DNA of 63,660 nt, the filler included, from Klebsormidium nitens (lineage: Eukaryota; Plantae; Klebsormidiophyceae): assembly GCA_000708835.1 (NCBI GenBank). It is 8 parts of 8 records of this genome, joined end to end, with 100 filler letters (N's around TTAATTAATTAA, not from the genome) between each part and the next. Parts side by side here need not be neighbours in the genome. Positions count along the whole stretch, not along the records: positions 1 to 8,407 come from DF238246.1; positions 8,508 to 24,197 come from DF237297.1; 6 more parts are not named here. The stretch is one strand, 5' to 3'. Positions 1 through 11,042 of the stretch are shown here, piece after piece. Below the pieces are notes generated by a model, which ran no database searches, had not been told where the DNA came from, and saw nothing but the letters and a program-made list of their open reading frames with translations. The translations under genes and the position numbers were made by a program. Each line of letters starts with the position of its first letter. The stretch's first letter is position 1.

Positions 1-1270
1 TTCCAAAGCAAGTTCTTTCGTGGTTGTTGCCATTCCTTGTGGTCTGAACCAGTCGAAGAGCGCTGGGGCCCCACATTGTGTTGCCCTCGCCAAAGTGGAG
101 CGTGAGAACCGGAGGGCAACAAGATAACGAAGGCCTGTGCCCTATGACCCAAGTAAGATAGCAACAAGACTGCGTTCGGGAGGCCCCGTCTTCAAGATTT
201 GCGAGGCCTTTATTGCACGCCACGTTGCCTCTGCGCGCATGTGCTGAGGCAACTATTGGCCAAGGCAGCGCCGTTGTTGCCCAAGCAGGTACCCACCGCG
301 GGCCTGTTGCCTTGTACCCTGTGTTGCCCCCGGTATTAGCGGTGTTGCCCCTTTCCAAGGTACCCGGTCCCCGGCACCTTACTCTCCCAAGAGTTCCAGT
401 TGTGTGTTGCCCGGGTCTGGCACAGTTTCTGACACAACGCTTTTCACTTCCAGTCGAAGATAGTGTAATGTTGCCTCAGCCTTGTGTTGTCCTTTTTGCT
501 CCCGGTTGTACAATGACCGAGACAGTGACGTCACTCCCCCAGGCCCAGGGCACCCCCAACATGTTTCCGAGTGGGGGCATGCCCATACATGTGCTTCTGG
601 GCCAAGGTTTACCCCGGCAACATGAGTTGGAATGGCAACAAAGGCTACCGTGCACAGAGGGCAACAGGGCAACATAGGGGTACCGAATGTACTCTTGCAA
701 AACCCCCCGGGGACCCCCCAAATATTTTTTTCTTAGTTTTGTATTTTGCTTTAGGTCGATTGACACCTCCTTTTCAAGTTTCCGGTCAAAAGGTTCACTT
801 TTGGGTGTTGTTGCCACGCGTTTCCATTGAGTGTTCAAGAATGGCAACAAAAGGCAACACCCGCCGACAAAGGGTTAAATTGGATTAGGTTGTGTCCCAA
901 GCCGCGCCCTTCTTTTAGGCCAGTACGGGAATTTATGGGGCGACGTCGGTACCTAGATACGCGCCGAAATATCCCGGTACAACCTGGGTCATACTTTACT
1001 GAAGTCGGTCCACCGCCGGTCTCCTGCAAGTTTTCGGTTGTTTTCGAAACTGCCGGCCGGAGGTTTATCGAAGTAAGGTGAGTCCGGAGATCATGCTGAT
1101 CTCCCCCTGCATCCCCCTGGTGTGGACTAGGCTCCCAGTCGGCCTTCCACCCTCCGGAGTAACTCGCCGAGTAGTTAACCCGCCCAGACACTTTTTGCCC
1201 ACAGTGGGAGCCGCTCCCACCGTGGTTCCCGGGACCTTCCGGTCCCACATTTTGTTGTAAGTACGGGACT

Positions 1271-1610
1271 TGTGACGTCGGCGTGACGTCAGCACGGTCC
1301 ATACTTCCAACACTTAGCTGGAGTAATTGCGTCTCTGCAAACTTGCTCGTAAGCTATGCAACGTCTCATAAGCTATGCGATAACAAGCAAATCATGCAAT
1401 ATGCTATGCAACCGATGCTCTGCTATGCCGATGCCATACAGCGTGACAGCTGTCGTGATGCTACGTGTCGTGTCAGTAAAACCTCGGGTCCTGTAACCAT
1501 GCGCAATCTAACGTGCTCAAAATAAAAAACTATCGCGGCTAATCCGTCACAATCAATCCTGGCATGGTCGTGTAGTCGTCGTCATGCAGAAAACGTAGGA
1601 ATTCATGGTA
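1271..1610 (-). repeat. Putative 3' LTR of the DNMT-bearing Gypsy element
   Basis: Starts right after the polypurine tract and ends in ...GTCACA on the minus strand. The start reads TACCAT rather than TG, and no second copy is in the window. Confidence 0.35.
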
Positions 1611-1717
1611 CTCCTCCCCAGCTTGGCGAAGTCGTCCCGACGTAGCCTCTTGAAGTTCTAAGAGTAGCCTTTATAAATAAGGCAGTCGTAGTAGTCGTCT
1701 AGTCGTCGTCGTCGTTG

Positions 1718-1853
1718 CCACCTCGGACAGAAACTAGGTGCCCTTTGGCATGCGCTTCACTGGTGGGATCAAGCAGTGCATGTGCCAGCCCTCGTCGCAG
1801 TTGTCGCACAGCAGCATCTTTGCTGCGCCAATCGTCTTGTGGCAGACTTGGCA
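1718..1853 (-). pseudogene. PHD finger at the C-terminus of the Gypsy integrase
   Basis: Translates as CQVCHKTIGAAKMLLCDNCDEGWHMHCLIPPVKRMPKGT*, then (W)FCPR after a +1 shift. This is C4-H-C3 spacing with the GWHxxCLxPP signature. Confidence 0.85.
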
Positions 1854-2034
1854 AGCCTGGTCCCGGTTTGCCTCGGTGAACACAGGGTCCTGCCAGAGGT
1901 CGATGTTTGGGTTGTGGCACGAAGCTCAATTCTCGACGTGCTCAATAATCGTCTTGTCGTCACGGCCCTCTAAAATGAGTCGGCCCGTTCCCTTCAGCTC
2001 CTTTACGCGCAGAATCAAGCGGCCGACTTTGGGT

Positions 2035-2960
2035 TCAGGGAGTCAACGGGCTGCGGCGTAGGTAAACCAAATCGACAACTTCATATTGACGCAGTTTCGG
2101 TTTGGAGTCTCCTGACCGGGTGTGCGCGTAGCGCAGGATGTCCCGGTGCTTAGCGATGGTGAGTTTGTCGAACGCCATGGGTACGATCTTTTGGAACAGC
2201 TCAGCGCGGTCGTGTAAGAATTTTGCGCACAGGATGGGATCGTCAAGATCAATTGGCTCCTGGAATATGTCGCGAATCTTGCTCCAGACAATCGGGTGTT
2301 GGCCAAAGAGCCGGTAGTAGGGTGAGTAATCCTCAGGGACGCCTGTCGGCTCATCCGGCACCCCATGGCAATCCACTGGAGAAAATGGTCCTAGAGCCGC
2401 TTGTTGTCGGAACAGGAGGCCGTTCTTGCGCATCGCCTTCTTGACGATCTGCACTATGCGCTCGACCATTGATTTGCGGGTGGTTACGCGAGACCCAAAT
2501 GTGGTCAATGTACAAGGCAATCATGAGCTCATCGAACTCGCCCTTAAACTCTCGGCCCTGGTCGGTCACGACCTCAGCGGGCGCTCCAAAAGGCGGCTGC
2601 GACGTCCTTGGCCTCCTTGGCCGGAATTGCACGGAGCTCCATCCACTTTGTAAAGTGCTCCACCATCACGACGACGTACCAGTTGCCGTCGTCGGACTTT
2701 TGTGGCAACTTGCACAGGTCTACGCCCCATCGATAGAACATGCCCATGATAGGCAGAGGCTTGGGCTCAGGGTCCTTGACGTCGAACGTCGCCTTGAACC
2801 GATTGCAGACGGTGCAGGCAGCTACCTCGTGCTCGACCTGACCGTACATTCCGACCCACCAGTAAGTGGGGCTCAGCAATGAGTAGGTCTTCAGGACGCC
2901 ATAATGGCCGACATCCTGATGCACACGGCAAATCAGGTTCGCGCGCAGCTCTAGACGCGG
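2035..2960 (-). pseudogene. Retroviral-type integrase (frameshifted)
   Basis: HHCC zinc finger and DDE core motifs (WGVDL, VVTDQGREF, NGR.ERIVQ) spread over three ORFs. Confidence 0.92.
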
Positions 2961-3365
2961 AACAATCTTTGTCGCGCCGTCAACGAGGCGTTTTCACAGG
3001 ATGGCGACCTTCAGCTGATAGCTCTGGGCTCGGTGCCAGATGCGATCCTTCTGCTCTGGTGTCGCGCCGTTTTTGCTCGCGCCGTCTTCGGCTGCCTCCC
3101 GCAGCGGTCCACGATCGCAAGTGCCTGCGCGTCTGCAGGGCTTTCTGCTCGCGGCTGTGCAGGGCATTAGACCTACGAGTCTGCAGGGCTTTCTTCCGGC
3201 GCGTCTGCCAAGCTTCTCTCTGGTGCCTGAATGTCGTCAAGGCTTAGTAGGCGCGTCAGCTCCTGGTCCTCTGGCTCGCTCAATGTGCCGGCCAGGATGG
3301 CAAGGCAAGCCGAGATAGCAGGTAAGTCCAGACCAACGTAGTCCATTCGAGCATCTGTCAAGTCA

Positions 3366-4124
3366 TCATCCTTTGGAAGCAGGTTCCTTGTGCCCATCCA
3401 GGTTTTTGACTCCACTGCGGTGCACAATCGTCAGATCATATTCCTGCAGGATGTTCGCCCAGCAGGCATGCATGCCCGTCAGCTTGGTGTTCGTCATCAG
3501 CCACTGCAACAGCTCGTGGTCTGTGATCAGCGTGAACTGCCTCCCATACACGCGGAAGTAGCAAACTCCCAGACGGCAGCTAAGCACTGTCCATGGTAGC
3601 CGGAGAAGTTTCGCTGCATTCAATTGTTGCTGCGTGACGCGTATGCGACCACGTACTCGTTCCCTTCCTCGTCACGCTACGCGAGAACAGCGCAAAGCCG
3701 AGTGCTACTCCAGTTGGTGTGCAGCTCAAAGGGTCTGGTGAAGTCGGGGCGCCGCAAGACGGGCGCTTCAGTCAGCTTGAGTTCGAGCAGCTGAAAGCCT
3801 TCTGCTCGTCAGTATCCCCAGATAACGCCGTTCTGAAGCAAATGGTTTAGAGGGGCGGCGATGCACGCATAGTTTTGGACGTATCTCCGGTAGTAACTGC
3901 AGGTGCCTAAGAAGGCTCGCAGCTCAGAGATGTCCCAAGGCGGAACCATCCGTACGATGGCTTCCACCTTCACGTCCTGCGGCGCTCTCTCGCCAGGAAC
4001 GACAAAAGTGGCCCAGATAGGGCAGTGTGCGAACGGCCAGCATCTTCTTTGGGTTAAACTTAACTCGCTTTGTGCGCAGATGTATCAGGTGCTTGTCGAC
4101 CGACTTGCTGTGAATGATCATGTC
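3366..4124 (-). pseudogene. RT C-terminal part and RNase H of the Gypsy pol
   Basis: DMIIHSKSVDKHLIHL..KFNPKK..PYLGH, QDVKVEAI, ELRAFLGTCSYYRRY, PFELHT, YVVAYASR, LITDHELLQWL. Confidence 0.9.
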
Positions 4125-5348
4125 AGGCCATATGGCATCGTTGTTGTGAAAAATCGCAAACGTGACTGTATTGAATATTCCCGTGAAGTTGAAGGAGTCT
4201 ATAACATTGAATGGAAAATAGCGACCAAGGTGCCGGTTGCGCAATGCGATCAAGGCTATGTGTTGTAAGCCTCTATAACTCGAACACAAGGGTAATACTA
4301 GTTGTAGCAAAAAGCAAGGGGAAGTGTTGTTTATTGGCTAACTAGCATACGCTTGTGTTGCGCCCAAAGCGAGGCGGAGTTGAGCTCAAAAGGCGTTGAG
4401 TTTTCGTATTGTTGTGGCTGCGAAACCGTAGCGGAATTACGGCGGATTTGCGGCCGAATTGCGGCGGAATTTGGTGTTACCGGATTTAGACCGTCGATGG
4501 GAGTTTCGATGGCCAGATTAGAGTTGGAGTTGAGGAGTACGATTTTAACCTTCGATATAATGAGTCGACGGCCGGGATTTGGCCCGCCGAAATTATGAAC
4601 CAAATTAGCCCACAACGAACTCCGAATTTACAACCTATAAAACTCGGGCGAAAGTTGGCGTGCGATTTGACTTTCCGTGCGTTGCTAGAACCTTCGCTAA
4701 ATCTTCCTACTAGTGATACGAGCTAGAGCAGCAGAGCGCCAACCAGGACTTGTGCCAAGGACGAAGGGCAGTGAATTCAAGTCTTTGAGAACCGCCAAGG
4801 ACGACGGGCGAGGTTGATGAACTAATGTGAGCGCAAACTTACGAGGAGGCGGCGGCGGTTCCGACAACGACAGTAGCAACACAGAGTATTAGTAGAGTGT
4901 ATTGCTTGTGTTGTGAATTGCTTGGTTTGGCAAGTGAATTTGTTTGAGGCGCACCGATTCGCCTATTACACAAGCTTGTTTTGCCTCTCTCGATTCGTTC
5001 CATCCTCTCATCTCATCCAATTTGCTAGTGCCATAACAGAATTTCCGCATGGTGCCTGGGGTGTTTGCACATGTGTATTGAATGCCGTATATGAGATTGG
5101 CCGTGAATGCTTTAAATGCTATGCTTCCACTTGTGATGCCGGGACGCTGCTGTCGATCCGCGTCCTCTCTTATGGTATCATGCACATCAAGATAAATGCG
5201 CTACCATAAAGCTTGAAATGTATGAGAATTTACTTGTGCCGAAGTGTTTAACTTTTGATTGGCCGCAATCGATTAACAGCAATAGGAGTATTACCACCTA
5301 TATGCTCGTGCGATGTTCTCTTATAGCGTGGTTGTGCTATCCGACAGC

Positions 5349-5962
5349 CACGTCGTCGATGTGACAGCGGCAGAACTTGCGCAGCGCACTCAGTGTAGTG
5401 TCCAACAGCCTGTGAAAGAAGGCAAGGTCGTTTTTCAGCCCGAAGGGCATGACAACCCACTCGTAGAGACCGTCGTAGCCCCAGAACGCTGTTTTGCAGA
5501 TGTCCTCTTCTGCAATGGCCACCTAGTGGTAACCCTCGCAGGTCGTCGAATTTCTTCTCAGAAGTCGGCAGCTGGTCACGTATTGGTCTGGGATGCTGAC
5601 CTTGTTCAGTCTTCGATAGTCACCGCATGGTCGCTTGAACGCGTGGCTTCAACGTCCAATTGCCGTGCTCATTTTTGTTTGGAAGCATGGTTGTAGGCGA
5701 GGACCATGGGGACACTGAACGGCGAATAAAGCCGCACTTCAGACGCTTTTCGACTTGGTTCTTCAGAATGTCTTTTCTCGGCGTAAGCGAGCCGGTATTG
5801 GTGTTTGAAAACCGGGATATCATCCGTAACCGGAATCTTCAACTTCATCCCGGCGACTGTGGACATTTCGGACATATCGACTGCTTGCACGTCACGAAAA
5901 CCGTCCATCAAGTCCTGAAGAGCTTGCTTCTGCTCAGGCGTAAGGTCTGCTCGCCCGCCCAA
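5349..5962 (-). pseudogene. RT N-terminal and catalytic part of the Gypsy pol
   Basis: PVFKHQYRL, GFIRRSVSPWSSP, KTAFW..GLYEWVVMPFGLKN, CHIDDV. Confidence 0.92.
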
Positions 5963-6329
5963 GCCCCAGTCGAGCTTCTCAAACTCTCCGCGGACGGCAG
6001 TAGGTCCGAGAGGTCCGCGGAAACGGGGTCTGGCTCTGGTTTGCCGGGGTCTGTCTGCAGTATGCCAATCTAGCCTCTCCCCCCCCCAGCCGCTGCCGGC
6101 GGTCGACTCGAAGCCGTGTCAAGCGGCTGTCTCTGAGGTGGAAGTACAAGTTTCCGAAACTTGCGCTGCTGGAGAAGACCCGGGTGATGCGTCGCCACCA
6201 AGCCGGGCTCTCCTGAAGCATAAGGTGCCATTAGGGCCGACCACCCGCTGGCGGTGGGCCGCATCAACCGTCAATTCAAGGAAATTGCGAACTGATAGTA
6301 GCACTTGATGCTGCTGACCAGGTAAGGTC

Positions 6330-7420
6330 AAGGCATGCATGTCCATCGTGCTTTCCAGCAAGCGCCGGCGGTCCGACTTGGAAATTGGTAGCCCAGCCAG
6401 AGTGGTCTTCGCCCAAAATCCCATTGCGCGCTCGCGCTCGAGGGCGGTTGGCTTTTATTGCCCGCCATTGGCGGCCAAAACCATGGGGTGCTGTCCGACG
6501 CGGTAAGGTGGGATTCCACGCGCAGAGACGAAAGTGGAGAGAGAGCCCGAGATGGCTGTCCTATCTCATTCACGCGGTGTCGACCTGGCGCACTAGAGTG
6601 CTTGGCTCTTTGAGCGGTCTTGCTAAGTTCCAGAATGTCCTGAACTCGGCGAAAATCGGGGCGTTGCTTGAAGCGCTTCTCAACCATCTCAGTAATGAGC
6701 GGGCAGGGGACTAGGTTGATCCATTAGCGACGGTTGCAGTGGGCGAGCGAGCCCGCAACAACTGCGTCAAACGCAAAGCTTGGTTTAAGTACCCCCTTGA
6801 CGACGTCGTAAACTCGTCGCGAACGTCTGCCTGCGAGTGATTGCTGGCGTCGACGTTCTCAAACAGGTAGGCGCAAGGTCCATGGACCTTGGTTACAGTG
6901 TGCACTACCCGAATGGCCTCCCAAAACAGCTTGGTGCGTGGGTTGCGCAAACCTTTGGCCTTGCTGGCCGCTCTCAAAAATCCCTGACACGGAAATTCAT
7001 AATCAAGTCAAGCTTCTTCAAGCCTTCGATATGGCCTCGTGTCACATTTTAAATGTTGTCAAGAAGGGCGCCTTGGACGTTTGAGAATGCCTCAGGGCTC
7101 AGCCGGCCGAGGTACATCTCCTGAAGTTTCCCCATCGGAATCGGCTACCTTCTGTGACTTCTTGTCTAGCTCGCAAGCGTAGACCTTTCGAAAATTTAGG
7201 CCACTGCGCACCAGCGCTTCTATGGTGGCCGTCAAGCCGCTAAATAGCTCAATGATTACCAGTCCCGGTCCAGCCACCTCCAGGAGGGCCCGTTTGTCGA
7301 TCAGGCTCTGGTCCGAGGGTCGGATGTGCTGGAACGCGGGGTTCCTGATAGGCCTCGGTGGGGCAGCCGGCATAGCCAGCGCGCGCACACTACGGTCGAA
7401 GATATCTGTCGTGACTGTCA
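6330..7420 (-). pseudogene. C5-cytosine DNA methyltransferase domain inside the retrotransposon pol (DNMT3-like, disrupted)
   Basis: Motifs in canonical order: I (IIELFSGL), II (VYACELD), IV (FPCQGF; PCQ codons at 6992-6984), GLRNPRTKLFWE, VI (YLFENV), VIII-like (SLAHCNRR*WIN), X-like (ERERAMGF..RRRLLESTMD). Confidence 0.88.
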
Positions 7421-7721
7421 TTGTTCGGTGTTGTACTGATCAAGTCGGCGTCGAGCTGTCTCAGCTTCCAAACGCGAGATCGGTGTTTTGATGTGCAAGG
7501 GCATAACTGCCCCAAGTTAGCCGCGAAGCACTGGTGTATAAGCATGCAGCGGGGAGCGGCCGTACTCAATCGGAAATTCACATTGAAGGTAGGCGAAGTT
7601 GCGCTCACGGTCTGTGTTCGGGTCCACATAATACTTCACCCGCTGCTTGCGGAGGTTCGAGATGATACGGTCCCATGACACTCATCCCGATCGGTGTGTC
7701 AGGCAGATCGTGGGAAGCGAT

Positions 7722-8236
7722 TGTTGAGATTAAGGAGTCTTTGGTCTTAATCTCTGTTGAGATTAAGGAGTATTTGTCTTGATTACGCCCTAATATCCTA
7801 TACCATTGTAGTGTGGTGGGTCCATTGTGTGATGCATAAGTTTGGTCTTAATGATGCCAAGATTAAGGTCTTAATGTGGATGAGATTAGACCGGATGAGG
7901 CCGAGATTAAGGTCTTAATGTGAGATTAAGGACTTGATGTTAATGTGCTGTAAGATTGACATCTGAAGGTGGTTAAGATTAAGATCAATCGAGATTAAGA
8001 CAACCAACGTAAAGAGCACGTAGAGTAAGATCAGATTAAGACCAGATTAAGATGAAAGCATACGAGACCATCGAGATTAAGGACAGATTAAGAGAGAGTC
8101 GTGTGGATCGTCCGCTGGCAATTGTTGGAGTAGTTGAAGCTAGGCCGTCCATTTGAAGAAGGGACCACCTAGGTTAATTAAGGACTCCACATAAGCTAGA
8201 GTAGACCTAGCTACGTGATTGAACTTGATTTGAACT
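7722..8236 (+). mobile_element. LTR family A copy (TGTTGAG...), interrupted by LTR family B
   Basis: Colinear with the reverse complement of the complete solo LTR at 40701-41341; rich in GAGATTAAG; identity stops at 8236. Confidence 0.8.
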
Positions 8237-8407
8237 TGTTAGAATCCGGTGATTATGGTCAGCCGGATTACTCCGTGATTAGGGTTCGGACCGAGTTAGG
8301 GTTTGAACTAGTGAGCGCCGGCGTGCGTGCACAGCGGTTAGGCGGTTAACCTTGGAGGTTAGGCGGTTGAGAGGGCCGCCGATATGGAGCCGTAGATGAG
8401 GATATCG
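8237..8407 (+). mobile_element. LTR family B copy (TGTTAGAATCCGG...), runs into a gap
   Basis: Near-identical to the reverse complement of 38328-38568 and similar to 45040-45267; TG start. Confidence 0.7.
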
Positions 8408-8853
8408 NNNNNNNNNNNNNNNNNNNNNNNNNNNNNNNNNNNNNNNNNNNNTTAATTAATTAANNNNNNNNNNNNNNNNNNNNNNNNNNNNNNNNNNNNN
8501 NNNNNNNGAGTTATGATGCCACTGGCGGCCAGTGGTGGGAGGTTTGAGAAGCGCACGGCGGCCGCGCGCCCAATTGGTGTCTGGTAACGGCTACTGTATG
8601 GATCACTGTCCCAATCCGTTACCGAGCACTTGTCCACTGGGGACTCCATACAACATGAACATGAATTGTGCAGCGCCGACGGCGAGAGGTGTCCAGATGT
8701 CAACTTCAAGCCCATGCATTAGGCGACAAAGCATATTGGGGTAGCGTTGGGCTAGGCGGAGGACGCTCTCTTTGAGCTGAGAAAGTGTGTTAGCGCACAC
8801 GGTTTCAAGAGCGAGCGTAGGCAAGCTGCATTGGAAGTCCAGAAGCAGGCACC

Positions 8854-9859
8854 ATGTATTTGATGTATTACACCAACGAGAAGGGCGAGAAGGTTTACAC
8901 GCTGCAGGTAAGTCCTTTCAACAGATTCTGAGTGACTCCCCTGCTCCTGTTTGGTGCTGAGAAAGAGCCACCAGTACTTGTTCTACATGAAAGACCAGCG
9001 AGGTGTTCGTGCAGCGAAATGGTGCGGACCGAGGTCTGAGGACAAGCGATGGGAAACGTTGGGTCCATGTTTGAGATCAGCAATGATTACATTCACAGGT
9101 CATGTGCGGGCCCTTGCGTTGCTGCCATAGCGTTTTCAGGAGATTCTTCACAGCGCCCCCCTTGGCACTGCTGGCACACTGCTGGGTATACCCATCTGCT
9201 GACTGTGGGTGGTAGGGAGTGTTGGCAGAGAGTTTGCCTCGCCAACCCAAAGAAGTAAAGTAAGACGTTTTTGGCCGCCTGCTGGCTGCACTAGGAGACC
9301 GCTATCCTTTCTGTGCTAGTGGGTTCGTTCAGGGCATTGCTCACCGTGCGCCGGGGATCGTTGACTGATTGAGCGCTGTGGTTTTGGAGAGGGTAGCCTG
9401 GTTTGTCAGTCAGATATGTGATCTCAACAGCCTGTCCGGAACAGAGATTTATCCATGTCTTTACAGGACGTGCTTCGTTTCAGAGTGCATCGTGTGCTCA
9501 TAATGCCGCTTCGCTTTTTGCAGAAGACAGCCCCCGATGGCGAAGCCACGCACTCAGCGCACCCAGGTATGTTGACCTTTAGTATGGTGCGGCTGAGAAA
9601 ATGTTGTCGCCCCTCATACCACCTGCCAGGTCTATGCTACTTTCTGAAGACTGACTGGATCAAAGTGCTCTGAGCTGTTATTGACGCTGGAAGGAGGCTT
9701 CAGAGAGCCACTCCGACCCGGACGATCTGCATTCTGATGTCCAGTCATTCTGTTCGTGCAGCGCGCTTCTCTCCAGATGACAAGTTCTCAAAGCACCGGA
9801 TAATCTGCAAGCGGAGGTTTGGTCTTTTGCCCACACAGCAGCCTCCACATGAGTACTGA
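8854..9859 (+). CDS. NOP10: H/ACA snoRNP subunit NOP10, 3 exons (8854-8907, 9524-9566, 9762-9859), 64 aa
   Basis: Spliced product [64 protein letters not shown]; GT-AG introns in consistent phase; matches the NOP10 [12 protein letters not shown] signature and length. Confidence 0.96.
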
Positions 9860-11042
9860 CCACATGGATCCGTTTTAAAAGTCTTGAGCACGTCAACTAG
9901 TAAAGTCCTCAGTCAATGAAGTGTAGTTTATAAGCATTGCAGAAACTTGTATAGGATTGAATCGTAGATTATGTGGACTGCAGATATGAGTTCGAGTTGA
10001 TATTTCGCCTGTTTGAAAGATTTGCGAGTTTGCATGTGACGTTCGCCATTCGCTCGTGACATTCGTCTAGACGTCTGCCATTCTAGCACATGGTTAGTAG
10101 CTCCAACCTGGTCCGGCTTGCACGGAGCTTATTTGAGAATGATGACTGGGAGTACTCCGTGTATGAGAGAAGGGTGGCCGCCCCTTTCCTTTATGATTCT
10201 TAAGAGCTTCCATGTTGTCGGATGGTTGACTCTCGGTTTACATTTTCATGAGAAGGCTGTGACCACTTAAGTGAGTACTAACGAGATGCACGTGACACAC
10301 TGTACTTGTACGTGTGCGAGCTATAGGACTGGCATCCAGTTGTGATGCACGATAATTGACTTGGTACAGTGCCGCGCCGCCACGACCTAGCTGACGGCCG
10401 CATGTGAACTTATGCATTTTCGCGTGGCAATAATGGAATATCAAAAAACCAGGCGGCGGCACTGTATGCATGGCGGCCATGCGTACATGTGTGTGCTGGC
10501 CCCTGATGTGTACACACATCCCGCGTCTTGAGTCTGCGTCTTGAGTCCGCGTCTTGAAGGTCCTTCGAACCAAGAAAGATCTGCCAATGAATCAGTTGGC
10601 CTATCAGATCGAGTAGCCAGCCATGCAAAGGTACTCTAGTGACTCCGAGCTTATAGATTGATGCAATCACTAAACAATTAGGTCGCGGTCCGACGATGAG
10701 TCTAACTAGGAAGGTTTTGTAGTATCATCAGGAGCTTTTCGGATGGTCACTAAGTTCTTTGCATAATTCAATACGCTGAGCTGGACACGGCTCACCCGCA
10801 CATCAGTGAGCAAAAGGTTCTCACTTTCCCAATAGACAACAATCCTACGGCCATGAAGCAACATCTTGTTTGCAGGCTCTTTGCATGTTACTTCATGGCA
10901 ATGCGCGGTTGAGTTCTGCGGGAGTCACCACTTCAGCCGGAACTTAGCGACTTGAACAGATCTACAATGACTATTGAGGACTGTCCCGCAAGCGTCACAT
11001 AGTCCGGCATGTGTCTCAACGTGCCAGGCCGATGACGTTCTA

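Larger units (their letters stand above)
1271..7720 (-). mobile_element. Degenerate Ty3/Gypsy LTR retrotransposon; pol order (protease tail)-DNMT-RT-RNaseH-integrase-PHD; 5' part cut off by an LTR insertion at 7722
   Basis: Minus-strand fragments with stops and frameshifts. RT: SPWSSP, KTAFWGYDGLYEWVVMPFGLKN, HIDDV. RNaseH: YVVAYASR, FTLITDH. Integrase: HQDVGHYG..CTVC zinc finger, WGVDL, TDQGREF, HPQINGR. Purine tract TGGGGAGGAG at 1620-1611. Confidence 0.93.

Noticed and set aside
8408-8507. TTAATTAATTAA inside every N-run (also near 24242, 26810, 35054, 38272, 45313, 62096)
   Set aside because: Scaffolding spacer with stops in all six frames; an assembly artefact, not a biological repeat.
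8508-8830. Minus-strand GVPSGQVLG resembling the LINE RT motif GVPQG
   Set aside because: Only one weak motif and no flanking RT motifs; could equally be promoter or UTR, or part of a divergent gene.
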